A program made the translations under genes and the position numbers. 64,000 bases of DNA, from IMG/VR virus record IMGVR_UViG_3300010389_000001, positions 124,001 to 188,000 of that record. One strand, given 5' to 3'. Positions 45,791 to 55,663 of the stretch are shown here, one piece after another. The notes beneath the pieces are model-generated. The model was not told the DNA's origin. It saw nothing but the letters and a program-made list of their open reading frames with translations, and searched no databases. Every line of letters begins with the position of its first letter. The stretch's first letter is position 1.

Positions 45791-48700
45791 ATGGCTAAGT
45801 CAAATTACCCGGATAAGTTAGATACATCGATTGAGATACCAGCAGTTAGAGACAACATAGTTGAGGTAGGTTCTGATGTTATCAATAGCTTAAGGGCTGC
45901 AATATTTCAAATAGAAAGAACTCTAGGAATAAATCCGCAGGGTGCCACTGGTAATACTGTAGCCAGCCGTATCGGAAAATCATTAGATTCTAATGGAAAT
46001 ATATTAAAAGAGGCGCTAGACTCTGCCGGCTTGCTATCCGGTCCCGTATCAGACAAGGATATATCAAAAACTGCTGCAATCAATGAATCAAAGCTAAATC
46101 TTGATTACCCAACAACTCTGCTTCAGGACGAAATTTCACAAATAACAAGTCAGCTCGATCTTATCGAGTCTGCCGTAAACGACCTTTCGACGACTTTGGC
46201 CATCCATATCAATCCTCTTGCTACAGGAAGGCATAGTGGTATTGCGATTAATATAGATGCTATATCCAGCACCGGCTCTGGGGACGGAATTACCTCATTG
46301 GAAGCAACGACTTCTCAGGGCGCCTTTGAAAGCTTGTTCTCATCTCATATCAATTATGATGGAACTAATATATCTGCAGATAATCGCTCGCATTTATCTA
46401 GCCAGATCTTCTTTGATAACAACAATGTATCAACTTACATTCCCTCATCAGACACCCAAGGCGCAATAGAGGACCTCGTAGACACCATAATTGGTCAGGC
46501 AGATGTTCATCAGAACTTATTCCATTCAAATTCAATTGAAAGATCATCACTTTTGGTTGATCCCAATAATCCAGCTCGCGGAACTCAAATTATATCTAAT
46601 GAAGCAGCAACTTATCCTGCATCTGTAGCCTCTTCTGATCTAGGAGTTTCTAGGATTTTTCTCACGGACACCCCGAGCAGCCCTGAAGAAGCGATTGATA
46701 TATCCGATATACTTGTAGTAACAAACATTGATGAAGAAACTGAATATCAGGTATTTCAGGCAAATTATTCTTCAGACGGGTTAAAGCTAGAATCGCTAGA
46801 TGTTTATGGAAGATTTCCCGAGGCATCGCCAGCGGGAATAACCGTAAGTTTATATCGCAACAAAAATAGAGAATCAAGTAGCGCTGGCTTGCTTATTGGT
46901 GTTAGAGAATATGATTCATTAGATGGAACATCTTATACAAATGCTGATATTATTCAGATTTCAAACCCGAGTGCTACGAATATAGTTACAAAAAAAATAA
47001 AGCCTCAGGAAATTACAGATCTAAATAGATACATAGAAATTTCAATTGATGACACTCCGCCTGTTGAGCTAGATCTATACGATCCTTCTCTGTCACTGAC
47101 CGGGATTAGTCAAAATATAAACTCTATTGTAAAAAGATTAAATGAGCAATTTACTGCGAATAGGCTAAGCGCATCTGCCTATAGAGTTGACTATGATGAT
47201 TCTAACTCTAGCGAGATTGCAATTGTTCACTCCATAGGCAATTCAACCACCTCAGAGCATACGATTAAGATCTCAAGGGGCTCGGATGATGCAATTGACT
47301 CACTTGGCCTATCTGAGATAGATGACAAAACTATTGTTGGAACAGTAGGTAATAGCTTTTATATTCAAGGAAAGGGATATAATGATCTTGCTATTCTTCT
47401 TGATGAAACCGGATTAATTCTAACGGGCGGTACATCCGAGATATTCTTGGGCAACATTAATCCAATTGAGTTGGGCGTAAAGGTTGGGGATGTTATTTCC
47501 ATTTTTGGCTCAACTGCCGATGATGGAACTTATGTAATTACGTCTATTTCAAGCAATACCATTATTGTAAATCGGGAGCAGCTGCCCGGCAGACAGTGGG
47601 CCTCCCTGGCCGGAGAAGATGCAAGATTTGTCGTATACTCTAGAGCCGCGTCCCTTAATGGAATGGCTTTCAAAGGCACACTTGGCGGATCCTCTATTTT
47701 ATCTATAATTGAATTATTTTTAGATAAGAATAGAATATTAAACTATAATGAACTGCTAACTTATGGGCAGGAGTCATACCTTGGTTCGGAAAATTTAGTT
47801 TCTCCATGTAATGTATTTGGAAAAACGGAGAATTATACCGAAGATAATCCTGGAACTTTGCTAATAGAAAAAGCTTTGCCGGATCCGGCTAACGAAGAAG
47901 TTTTGATATCACTAGATGGCGGAGAAAAAGTTAGTATCTATAAAGCCAAGAGCAATTATGTTACGGTATACTCTGGAAAATATGATTTATCTTTAACCCT
48001 ATTTATTGCAGATTCAGGACTAATTAATACAAAGCTGGTTGCAGATGGAAGTTCATTTGAGATTAGCTTATTTGGCTATAAGTCTGTAAATAAAGAAGAA
48101 AATATTATTCTAGGAAAAGTCCTTTACGAATCAGGTGTATCTAGGATATCAGGATTTGGCAGAAGCTACCCAAGAGTCTTCAGGGATCTGAGAAAAGGCG
48201 TGACTGGAACAAAAGATCTTGGAAGCGATGTAAGAAAAGATATTTTAATACAGCCTCATTTAGATAAGCGATCAAATGGAGTAGTAAGAGGTCTGGAAGT
48301 CTTTGATGTTGTTGATAACGGAGATACTTATACTCTTAGTATTGCTTCCGGAACTTGCTATGTAAGGGGCAAGAGGTTTGAAGTAAGCGAGTACGAAGGA
48401 TATATAACGGACATAGTAACGGCAGGCTCACCACCGTCTGTCGATAAATTCTTTGTTGCTATAGACGAATGGGGGCAGATCGTATTTTCTCCGGCAGACC
48501 CAGTAAGTTGCGGCTGCATGCTTGATCCAGCTTATTACTGTATACTAGCATCTGTAGAAAATAACCTTAGCACAATCAATGCTATAGATCTCAGGTTGTT
48601 TATTGACGATCTTGATCTTAAGATTCTAAACTCCATAACCGTCAGTCCGCAGGATGGAATGGCACATTTTTCAGAAATCCCAAAGGCTCTAAGGTACGCC

Positions 48701-50350
48701 AAAAGATTCTCTGAAATCTTCCCTAACGCTGGCACTCCAACTATACATCTGAAGTCTGGCACTCACAGGGTCGTTGTTGATCACGGCGTAGATCTAGCGG
48801 ATGCCGACGCAAGCATAAAAGCTCAAGAAAGATATAACCAAGGAATGTGGATTAACTTCCCCGTAAACATAATTGGTGAAGGCGAGTCGACCATTCTGGA
48901 CATGATATATGCATACAACGACCTGCCGGAAGGTTCGGATAACAGAACCTCTCCTGGCACAGATATGCTTGGAGAAATCACAATAGCAGGACCCGGCTTT
49001 ACAGAAACTCCGTCTGGAGCATCCGATGTAGTCAATTCCGGATATGTAAGCCTATCCAATTTTAAAGTCAGACTTGGTTCAATAAAAGTATTTGATGCTT
49101 TAATATCTGATGCAGGTCCTATCGATTTCGGCGTTAATATGAGCGAAGTAATATTCGATTTCTCAGAAAAAGAAAGCTTTGAATTTCAGAATGCCGGTGT
49201 GATAATAAGAAATCAAAGCCTAACTGCGACCGACCCCGCTGGAAATATAAATATTAATGACTGCATTTTTATAAATAGCAATATAACAATAGGCGGAATT
49301 CAAACAGAATATTTCTTTAACTCAATTATATCTAATAATGTATTTAAATCTCAAGAAACTCCTCCGACCGAAGGCGCTACAAACTACGCTATACGCTGCA
49401 CGGCATCTGGAAATATATTTAGCTTTGATGATTGTCCTTCAGAAAATAATGTAAACATTATTGGAAATATTATCGGAGACAACTTTATCCCCAATAGGGA
49501 TAGTGGTGGACCTACGATTGATCATGACGGAGATTATCCCTGGGGAGAAAGATTCAGCAGAGATGTCAATATTGGTTCCAAGCTAAGCGTTGTAAAGAAT
49601 GCGGTAATTGACGGATCTACATCAGTCGGTGTTGACTTAGAGGTAGGTAATGACGCCTCAATTGCAGGAGCGCTTTCTGTAGGCACCACTATAGAGGCTG
49701 CGTCATCTGTGACTGCGCAAGAATACCTATACGGAGTTACCACAAAGAAGATTAACACCAAGTTCTTTGCGGAGGATATCGGGTGGACCGCTGTTAATGA
49801 TCAGTACAGAGCTTATTATGAGCCTGGAAGCTCTTTCACAGGATCTACTACAGTCTTCTGCAGAGAGGCTGAAATATATCGCACCACTGGTGCAGCACCA
49901 GAAGAATTCGGCTTACCTGTTCGATATTTTGAAATACCTGATAATTCATTTAGAACTTCATTTAGAATAAAACTTACTCCTGGCTCAAAAATAGAGCGCA
50001 TCGGAATTGGAGCCCTTGTCAATAAGGGCGGCGGACCAACGGCCCCAAGCACACTGACTCCGGGAACGGAAGTAACACTAAGCTTGTATAAGCTAGATGC
50101 AGATGGAGATCTTTTATCAAATCCGTTAATACTTGTTGGATCAGAAATTTTTGAAACAAGCCTAAATTTAACTGACTTTTTTGAAGAATATACTTTTAAC
50201 TTTTCTTCGTATAATGAAACTGTTGATATAACAGATAATCATTATCTAGTATCCATAAGCCATGATGATCCGTCTAATGATCTAAGCGTTGCATACCTAA
50301 GGGTCAGGACTGAAATAAGCTCGGTAGAAGAAGGAATTGGAGCCTCGTAA
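45791..50350 (+). CDS. large tail fibre/tailspike-like protein (paralog A)
   Basis: 1519 aa, beta-rich; PTIHLKSGTH followed by Asn/Ile-rich beta-helix-like region. Confidence 0.7.
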   Translation: MAKSNYPDKLDTSIEIPAVRDNIVEVGSDVINSLRAAIFQIERTLGINPQGATGNTVASRIGKSLDSNGNILKEALDSAGLLSGPVSDKDISKTAAINESKLNLDYPTTLLQDEISQITSQLDLIESAVNDLSTTLAIHINPLATGRHSGIAINIDAISSTGSGDGITSLEATTSQGAFESLFSSHINYDGTNISADNRSHLSSQIFFDNNNVSTYIPSSDTQGAIEDLVDTIIGQADVHQNLFHSNSIERSSLLVDPNNPARGTQIISNEAATYPASVASSDLGVSRIFLTDTPSSPEEAIDISDILVVTNIDEETEYQVFQANYSSDGLKLESLDVYGRFPEASPAGITVSLYRNKNRESSSAGLLIGVREYDSLDGTSYTNADIIQISNPSATNIVTKKIKPQEITDLNRYIEISIDDTPPVELDLYDPSLSLTGISQNINSIVKRLNEQFTANRLSASAYRVDYDDSNSSEIAIVHSIGNSTTSEHTIKISRGSDDAIDSLGLSEIDDKTIVGTVGNSFYIQGKGYNDLAILLDETGLILTGGTSEIFLGNINPIELGVKVGDVISIFGSTADDGTYVITSISSNTIIVNREQLPGRQWASLAGEDARFVVYSRAASLNGMAFKGTLGGSSILSIIELFLDKNRILNYNELLTYGQESYLGSENLVSPCNVFGKTENYTEDNPGTLLIEKALPDPANEEVLISLDGGEKVSIYKAKSNYVTVYSGKYDLSLTLFIADSGLINTKLVADGSSFEISLFGYKSVNKEENIILGKVLYESGVSRISGFGRSYPRVFRDLRKGVTGTKDLGSDVRKDILIQPHLDKRSNGVVRGLEVFDVVDNGDTYTLSIASGTCYVRGKRFEVSEYEGYITDIVTAGSPPSVDKFFVAIDEWGQIVFSPADPVSCGCMLDPAYYCILASVENNLSTINAIDLRLFIDDLDLKILNSITVSPQDGMAHFSEIPKALRYAKRFSEIFPNAGTPTIHLKSGTHRVVVDHGVDLADADASIKAQERYNQGMWINFPVNIIGEGESTILDMIYAYNDLPEGSDNRTSPGTDMLGEITIAGPGFTETPSGASDVVNSGYVSLSNFKVRLGSIKVFDALISDAGPIDFGVNMSEVIFDFSEKESFEFQNAGVIIRNQSLTATDPAGNININDCIFINSNITIGGIQTEYFFNSIISNNVFKSQETPPTEGATNYAIRCTASGNIFSFDDCPSENNVNIIGNIIGDNFIPNRDSGGPTIDHDGDYPWGERFSRDVNIGSKLSVVKNAVIDGSTSVGVDLEVGNDASIAGALSVGTTIEAASSVTAQEYLYGVTTKKINTKFFAEDIGWTAVNDQYRAYYEPGSSFTGSTTVFCREAEIYRTTGAAPEEFGLPVRYFEIPDNSFRTSFRIKLTPGSKIERIGIGALVNKGGGPTAPSTLTPGTEVTLSLYKLDADGDLLSNPLILVGSEIFETSLNLTDFFEEYTFNFSSYNETVDITDNHYLVSISHDDPSNDLSVAYLRVRTEISSVEEGIGAS

Positions 50351-53300
50351 TGTCTAAGTCAAATTATCCGGAAAAATTAGACACATCTGTTGAGATTCCT
50401 GCCGTAAGAGACAATGTTACGGAAATTGGATCGGATGTTCTCAACAGCCTTCGTTCGGCCATATTTAATATCGAAAGAACACTTGGCATCAATCCCCAGG
50501 GAGTTGCCGGAAATACTCTGGCCTCTAGGCTGGCAAACTTAATAGATGAAAATGGAAATCTAAAAGACGAAGCCCTAGTTAAAGCTGGCATTTTATCTGG
50601 CCCAATATCTGATAAAGATGTTTCAAAGACTGCTGCAATAAAAGAATTTAAGTTAGATTTGGATTATCCTACGACTCTTCTTCAGGATGAGATATCTATT
50701 TTAGATTCAAAAATCCAGCAATTTGTCGAAGCAATAAATGAATTAAATGCAATTGTTTCAACACATGTTAACCAAAATGCAATAAATCGCCATCTTGCAA
50801 AAGCCATAACTGTAGAAGAAGCTGATATTGTGCCATCTGATGTAGGATTGAATTCAATAGAAGCGCAGGGCCTGCAGGAGTTTATTCAAGCTCTTTTTAA
50901 CTCCCACATATCATACACTGGCACTAATATATCAGAGGCCAATAATTCTCATAAAGCTGACCAGATTTTTTACGATAACTCAGAGAATAGCGATATCATA
51001 TTATCCAATAGCGTTCAGGGCGCAATAGACGATCTTGCGGATATCGAAGGAGTTGGACTAAGGAGTTCCATATTACAGCTAAACTCTAACGGAAGAATAA
51101 GAACTGGCTCCCAAATAGATGCATTTGAGGGGAATGATTCTGGAAGCCTTATAGTCGATCTAACGGAAATTACTTATGCAGATTACTCCGGCGCATCAAC
51201 GACTGAGATTTCTTTCAGCGAATCTCCAAGCCTCCTGCTTGATATAAATAAATTTGATATTCTAGAAATCTCAGAATCTTTAAATGAAGATGATAATGGC
51301 GAATATGTAATAGCCTCTTTTCAGACCAATGTAGATGATACCTTGAGTTCTGTAACTATATTCGGTGGACCAAAGAGCAGCTTTACTAGCGGCACTCTTG
51401 CTAGAGTTAAGAAGAATACTTATCAGGTCCATAACAGGAACGGCCTAAATTGCTCCGTCAGGCCCAGGGCAGGCTTCACAAATACTCCGTCGATTCAGGC
51501 GGCTATGCCAAACTCCGCAACAGTTATATCTTCTAGAGCTGACTTTTCAAGGCTAGAGAGTGGTGTTTACGAAAATCTATCATTAGAAATAGATGGAGGC
51601 GCTGCTATAGACATTCCTGTGTATAGCTCTGATTATTCAATCCATAATGTAGATATTGCGGTTTCTAATATAAACAGATATTGTGTTCAAAATAATCTGA
51701 ATATATTTGCTTATAAACTAAGAACAAATAGCTGCTATGAACTTGCTATATCGCATAACATTCCAAATCACTCTGCGGATACAAAGGTTAGATCATTAAA
51801 AGTTGTTCAATCTGGCTCCTTGGATGCATCAGGCATTCTTGGTTTTGAAGATTTAGTAGACAAAGAGATTCGAGGATCATTTGGAAACTCCTTCCACATC
51901 AACGGGCTAATACTAAATGAATTCGGCTCGGTAAAAACTTATACAGGGTCAACAATTACAATTGGGTCTGGAACAACAACTCTTGAAACATTAGAGTTAA
52001 ACTTCCTGGAGCTTGGAATAAGGGTTGGCGATCTTTGCGTAATAGATGGATCATCTGTAGATTCAGATAATGGTACTTACACAGTAAATGCTGTTGAAAG
52101 CGATAGAGTAACGCTAGACTACACAACAAGCTTGTTTAGCGGCGAAGCAGATGAAAGTTCTTTATTTACATTTATAAGATGCACTGCACCCATATCTGAG
52201 CTAAACTTTATTGATATTAATGGATCGATGCTTCTTGATATTTTTGCCGATGAGAATCTTAATATTCATCATAACAGAAGAGCAGATATAGTAGGCTCCT
52301 TTAACTCGTCGAATTTCTTCTTGGTTGTAACAGACATATCTAAAAACTTTATAACCGAAGAAGATCAGTATACGTTAAGGGTTAAAAATGATGGCTTGGC
52401 GTCGATCAAGCTTTCTTCTGGCGGCAGCTATGGCGAAGAGGTGTTCGTAGGAAGCACTGGAGACTACATAATTCCTTTCTCGGACGGTATGGAGTTTATC
52501 AAGGTAAAGGTATTCGTTCCGAATGAGGCCTCTCCAATATTTGTGCCATCATCTTTAACAATAGATATAATTGGATATTCAGAAATACCAGATAGCGTTC
52601 TTCATCTTTCTCGCTGTCTTTTCTCCCCAGAATTTGGCACAGTAATAGAGGATATAAACGCTGGGCTTGGAGAGACGGGTGCTGTAGGTCTAATTGACAA
52701 AAGAATTTCAGGAACAGTCGATGATACCATTATATCCGAACCATTTTTAGAGAGATATATTCAGGGGCCAAGAAATGAGCTTAGATCAAATGGAATCATA
52801 AGAGGTCTTGAGATTTTAAATCTAAGCTTATCTTCCGGAGTTGCTACGTTCGATGTAACACCAGGAATAGTCGTTGTTAATGGTCTAAGAGTCGAATTCT
52901 TAGGAAAAGAAGGATTTACATTTGACTATTCAACGGGGGCAACTGACAGCTTTTACATAGCCATAGACAACGAGGGGTGCATAAAAGCTTTAAGCGAAGT
53001 AGATAAAACTGGAGGAACAGATTATAGTTCTGCATTTTCTCCAGAGACAAATTTACACATAGCATATTATGATTCTAATTTATCTGAGCTATATGATTTA
53101 AGATTCTTTATAGACAGAATTGATTACAAGATACTAAACCAGTTAATTGTTTCTCCCGAAAAACACTTTGGACAATTTAGTAGTTTGGATAGCGCTGTAA
53201 AATATTGCAGAGTTTTTTCAAAAATATTTAAAGACCAAAGCAAGCCAAAGATCACTCTTGCTCCGGGTACACACATTGTTAATAATGAAATTTTTATAGA

Positions 53301-53973
53301 CTTTGACTTAGAGATAGAGGGAGCGGGACCAGAGAGTATTATTCAAAGAGGCCCGGATTACCTGCTACAGTTCCTCGGACCGCTCGATAATAATAGACCT
53401 GTTTTTCAGATTGGCACACAAGGCGTCGACAAAGATAATCGTGGAGTAAATAATTTTACGTATGGTGTTAAGCTATCTAACTTTACTTATAAAGGTGTTG
53501 ATGGAAGCGAGGCGCTAGGAAATATAAAGCCAGAGTGCTTTATAATATTTAGCCATGATGTTGCAGAGCCACTAAATTCCAAGTCTGCGTCATTTCATAT
53601 GAATAACATAATATTATCGACGGAGAACTATGGCCCAGGCCAAGGAAATGATTGGAGAGAGATCATAGCTATAGGCGCACCAGCAAGCGCATCCTTGATC
53701 GAGGGAGCGGAATTTCAAAATGTTTTAATTACAAACTGCTTCTTTAGAAGCTTTGGGACTTACCAGAACCCTACAGCAAGTGGAGTTGTAACTCTAACAA
53801 ACTCGTACGGGCTAGGTGATAACCCAGTATACTCTAACATCGTCCTAACAAACTGTATTAGAGACCTTACGGCTTACGACTCGTTAGCGTTCACTCCAGC
53901 TTTTATTGCCGCTCCTAGCACAAATGTAGATACGGTTAACGTTATAGAGGTAAATAATGTCTCAATTGAGTGA
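50350..53973 (+). CDS. large tail fibre/tailspike-like protein (paralog B)
   Basis: 1207 aa; N-terminus very similar to paralog A; PKITLAPGTH then beta-helix-like region. Confidence 0.7.
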   Translation: MSKSNYPEKLDTSVEIPAVRDNVTEIGSDVLNSLRSAIFNIERTLGINPQGVAGNTLASRLANLIDENGNLKDEALVKAGILSGPISDKDVSKTAAIKEFKLDLDYPTTLLQDEISILDSKIQQFVEAINELNAIVSTHVNQNAINRHLAKAITVEEADIVPSDVGLNSIEAQGLQEFIQALFNSHISYTGTNISEANNSHKADQIFYDNSENSDIILSNSVQGAIDDLADIEGVGLRSSILQLNSNGRIRTGSQIDAFEGNDSGSLIVDLTEITYADYSGASTTEISFSESPSLLLDINKFDILEISESLNEDDNGEYVIASFQTNVDDTLSSVTIFGGPKSSFTSGTLARVKKNTYQVHNRNGLNCSVRPRAGFTNTPSIQAAMPNSATVISSRADFSRLESGVYENLSLEIDGGAAIDIPVYSSDYSIHNVDIAVSNINRYCVQNNLNIFAYKLRTNSCYELAISHNIPNHSADTKVRSLKVVQSGSLDASGILGFEDLVDKEIRGSFGNSFHINGLILNEFGSVKTYTGSTITIGSGTTTLETLELNFLELGIRVGDLCVIDGSSVDSDNGTYTVNAVESDRVTLDYTTSLFSGEADESSLFTFIRCTAPISELNFIDINGSMLLDIFADENLNIHHNRRADIVGSFNSSNFFLVVTDISKNFITEEDQYTLRVKNDGLASIKLSSGGSYGEEVFVGSTGDYIIPFSDGMEFIKVKVFVPNEASPIFVPSSLTIDIIGYSEIPDSVLHLSRCLFSPEFGTVIEDINAGLGETGAVGLIDKRISGTVDDTIISEPFLERYIQGPRNELRSNGIIRGLEILNLSLSSGVATFDVTPGIVVVNGLRVEFLGKEGFTFDYSTGATDSFYIAIDNEGCIKALSEVDKTGGTDYSSAFSPETNLHIAYYDSNLSELYDLRFFIDRIDYKILNQLIVSPEKHFGQFSSLDSAVKYCRVFSKIFKDQSKPKITLAPGTHIVNNEIFIDFDLEIEGAGPESIIQRGPDYLLQFLGPLDNNRPVFQIGTQGVDKDNRGVNNFTYGVKLSNFTYKGVDGSEALGNIKPECFIIFSHDVAEPLNSKSASFHMNNIILSTENYGPGQGNDWREIIAIGAPASASLIEGAEFQNVLITNCFFRSFGTYQNPTASGVVTLTNSYGLGDNPVYSNIVLTNCIRDLTAYDSLAFTPAFIAAPSTNVDTVNVIEVNNVSIE

Positions 53974-54415
53974 TAGAGAAAAGTCTGCCATAGACGCTAT
54001 ATACGATATGGAGAACAGGCTGAAGGAAATGGAGAAAAAGCTTAAAGCCAGTGAAGGAAAGCTTGACCTAGTTCTTGCTAAGCTTGATAAACTTAGTAAG
54101 CAATCCCCTGTTGTTAAGATAAATAGCCCGCCCAAATCTGTTAGTCAACAAAAAGTTGAAAAATTATTATTGGGAGCAGTTAAAGTCTTTGGACACATAG
54201 TTAATAAATCACAGACACCATTGGTTGGCGTTCAAGTAAAGATCTATGATGACAAGAATGAACTTGTTAAAGATTTAAAAACAGATGACAATGGCTATTG
54301 GGAGGCTAGACTGCCTGGTGGCAGGTACGGCGTAGAATATCTGCACAAAAATTTTAAGCCAGTAAATAAGACTATAGAATTTAAGAAGGAAGACAAGTCT
54401 TATGAAGTGAGGTAG
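53957..54415 (+). CDS. coiled coil plus carboxypeptidase-regulatory-like beta-sandwich
   Basis: VFGHIVN...PLVGVQVKIY...TDDNGYW...LPGGRYGV. Confidence 0.65.
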   Translation: MSQLSDREKSAIDAIYDMENRLKEMEKKLKASEGKLDLVLAKLDKLSKQSPVVKINSPPKSVSQQKVEKLLLGAVKVFGHIVNKSQTPLVGVQVKIYDDKNELVKDLKTDDNGYWEARLPGGRYGVEYLHKNFKPVNKTIEFKKEDKSYEVR

Positions 54416-54418
54416 AGG

Positions 54419-54781
54419 TTGTTCGTAGTAAGGTTTTATAACAGAAATTTTAAAGATAATGAAGTCCTAAATAAGACTATAGCAAAATTATCATCTTTAG
54501 TAAAAAGCAAAAGAAAGTCAAAAACTAGAATAATAAAAGATTCAAGTTGTGTCGAAATTATTTCTGGTAATTTAAATGCTTCTAATATAGAAGATGAAGT
54601 TATAGTTGAGCTTACTACGAAAAAGATTTTGAGGATCTCAAAAGAGCAGCTACAATCAAAGCATGAGTTAGACAGGTTTATTAGAGAGATCGAAAGCTTT
54701 TGCAATCAAGCGTCAGAAAGTGAAGAAGTTAAGTATTTGCCCTTAAACTTTAGGGAATTCAGGGATAAAAAAACAGATTAA
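54419..54781 (+). CDS. hypothetical protein
   Basis: TTG start after GAGG. Confidence 0.55.
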   Translation: MFVVRFYNRNFKDNEVLNKTIAKLSSLVKSKRKSKTRIIKDSSCVEIISGNLNASNIEDEVIVELTTKKILRISKEQLQSKHELDRFIREIESFCNQASESEEVKYLPLNFREFRDKKTD

Positions 54782-54798
54782 AGTAATCAGGGCTTGAA

Positions 54799-55605
54799 AT
54801 GATAGACGAACAAAATCTGCCGGGAACAGCGCTCAACGGCGATCACATTGTTTATTCAAGCTTTTTTGCTGATAATTTCGTAGTACAGCAGAGCGCAATA
54901 GTTCATCCAAAGGCGCTACTCATCGACGGTCTGAGAAAGATATTCCAAAATGACTCTGTCTTTACCTATCGCGATGACGAATTCGGGTATCCGCTAACGC
55001 CCGATCTAACTGGCCTGGATGTCGACTCAGAGCTAACAACAAAGATCCTCATATCTGATACGTTCAGGTATGAGGTAAAGTTTTTTCCTGCGATCCTGGT
55101 AAAGTCAAATGGCGGATCTTATAAGCCGCTCTCTTTCAATCAAAATATGACTTATAAGTATAGGACCGATGTGATAGAGAATGAGTATGGTGCCAGAAAA
55201 GTTTTCAGCACTCCAACTCATAGGGTCTATGCGGGAAGATGGGAGATGAGATTTGATGTTCAGATCTACTCCGAAAGTCAGGCCGAGCTTCAAGAGTTGA
55301 CAGACATAGTTTCTCTCGCCTTGCAGTACTCTCTTTGGAATGAGCTTAGAGCAAATGGCCTTTTCATAAGCAGTCTATCAATCGGCGGCGAATCTGCCGA
55401 GCCATATGCTAATGATTATGTTTATAACAACACAATATCATTGACGACATTATCCGAATGGAGAGTCGAAATTCCAATAGAAAATATTGTTGAAAAAATA
55501 GCATTTACACTAGAGCCAACCTGGACTCCAATACCGGGCGTAAAAACGAATGGCGACTCATTATCGAGAAGGTTTAGTGAAATAGTTGATTTGACCGAAA
55601 TTTAA
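54799..55605 (+). CDS. probable tail terminator/completion protein
   Basis: FPAILV...WEMRFDVQIYSES..ELQELTDIV; directly upstream of sheath. Confidence 0.55.
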   Translation: MIDEQNLPGTALNGDHIVYSSFFADNFVVQQSAIVHPKALLIDGLRKIFQNDSVFTYRDDEFGYPLTPDLTGLDVDSELTTKILISDTFRYEVKFFPAILVKSNGGSYKPLSFNQNMTYKYRTDVIENEYGARKVFSTPTHRVYAGRWEMRFDVQIYSESQAELQELTDIVSLALQYSLWNELRANGLFISSLSIGGESAEPYANDYVYNNTISLTTLSEWRVEIPIENIVEKIAFTLEPTWTPIPGVKTNGDSLSRRFSEIVDLTEI

Positions 55606-55612
55606 AATGAAA

Positions 55613-55620
55613 CTACTAAT
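55613..55620 (+). promoter_or_regulatory. candidate late-promoter motif CTACTAAT
   Basis: Intergenic, ~44 nt before the sheath ATG. Confidence 0.45.
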
Positions 55621-55663
55621 AATAAACAATTTGATGACATATAATATATGCGGAGGATTTTAA

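Noticed and set aside
46060-50640. SKTAA motif in both tailspike paralogs as maturation sites
   Set aside because: One homologous position inside a conserved tail protein domain; treated as background for the head motif
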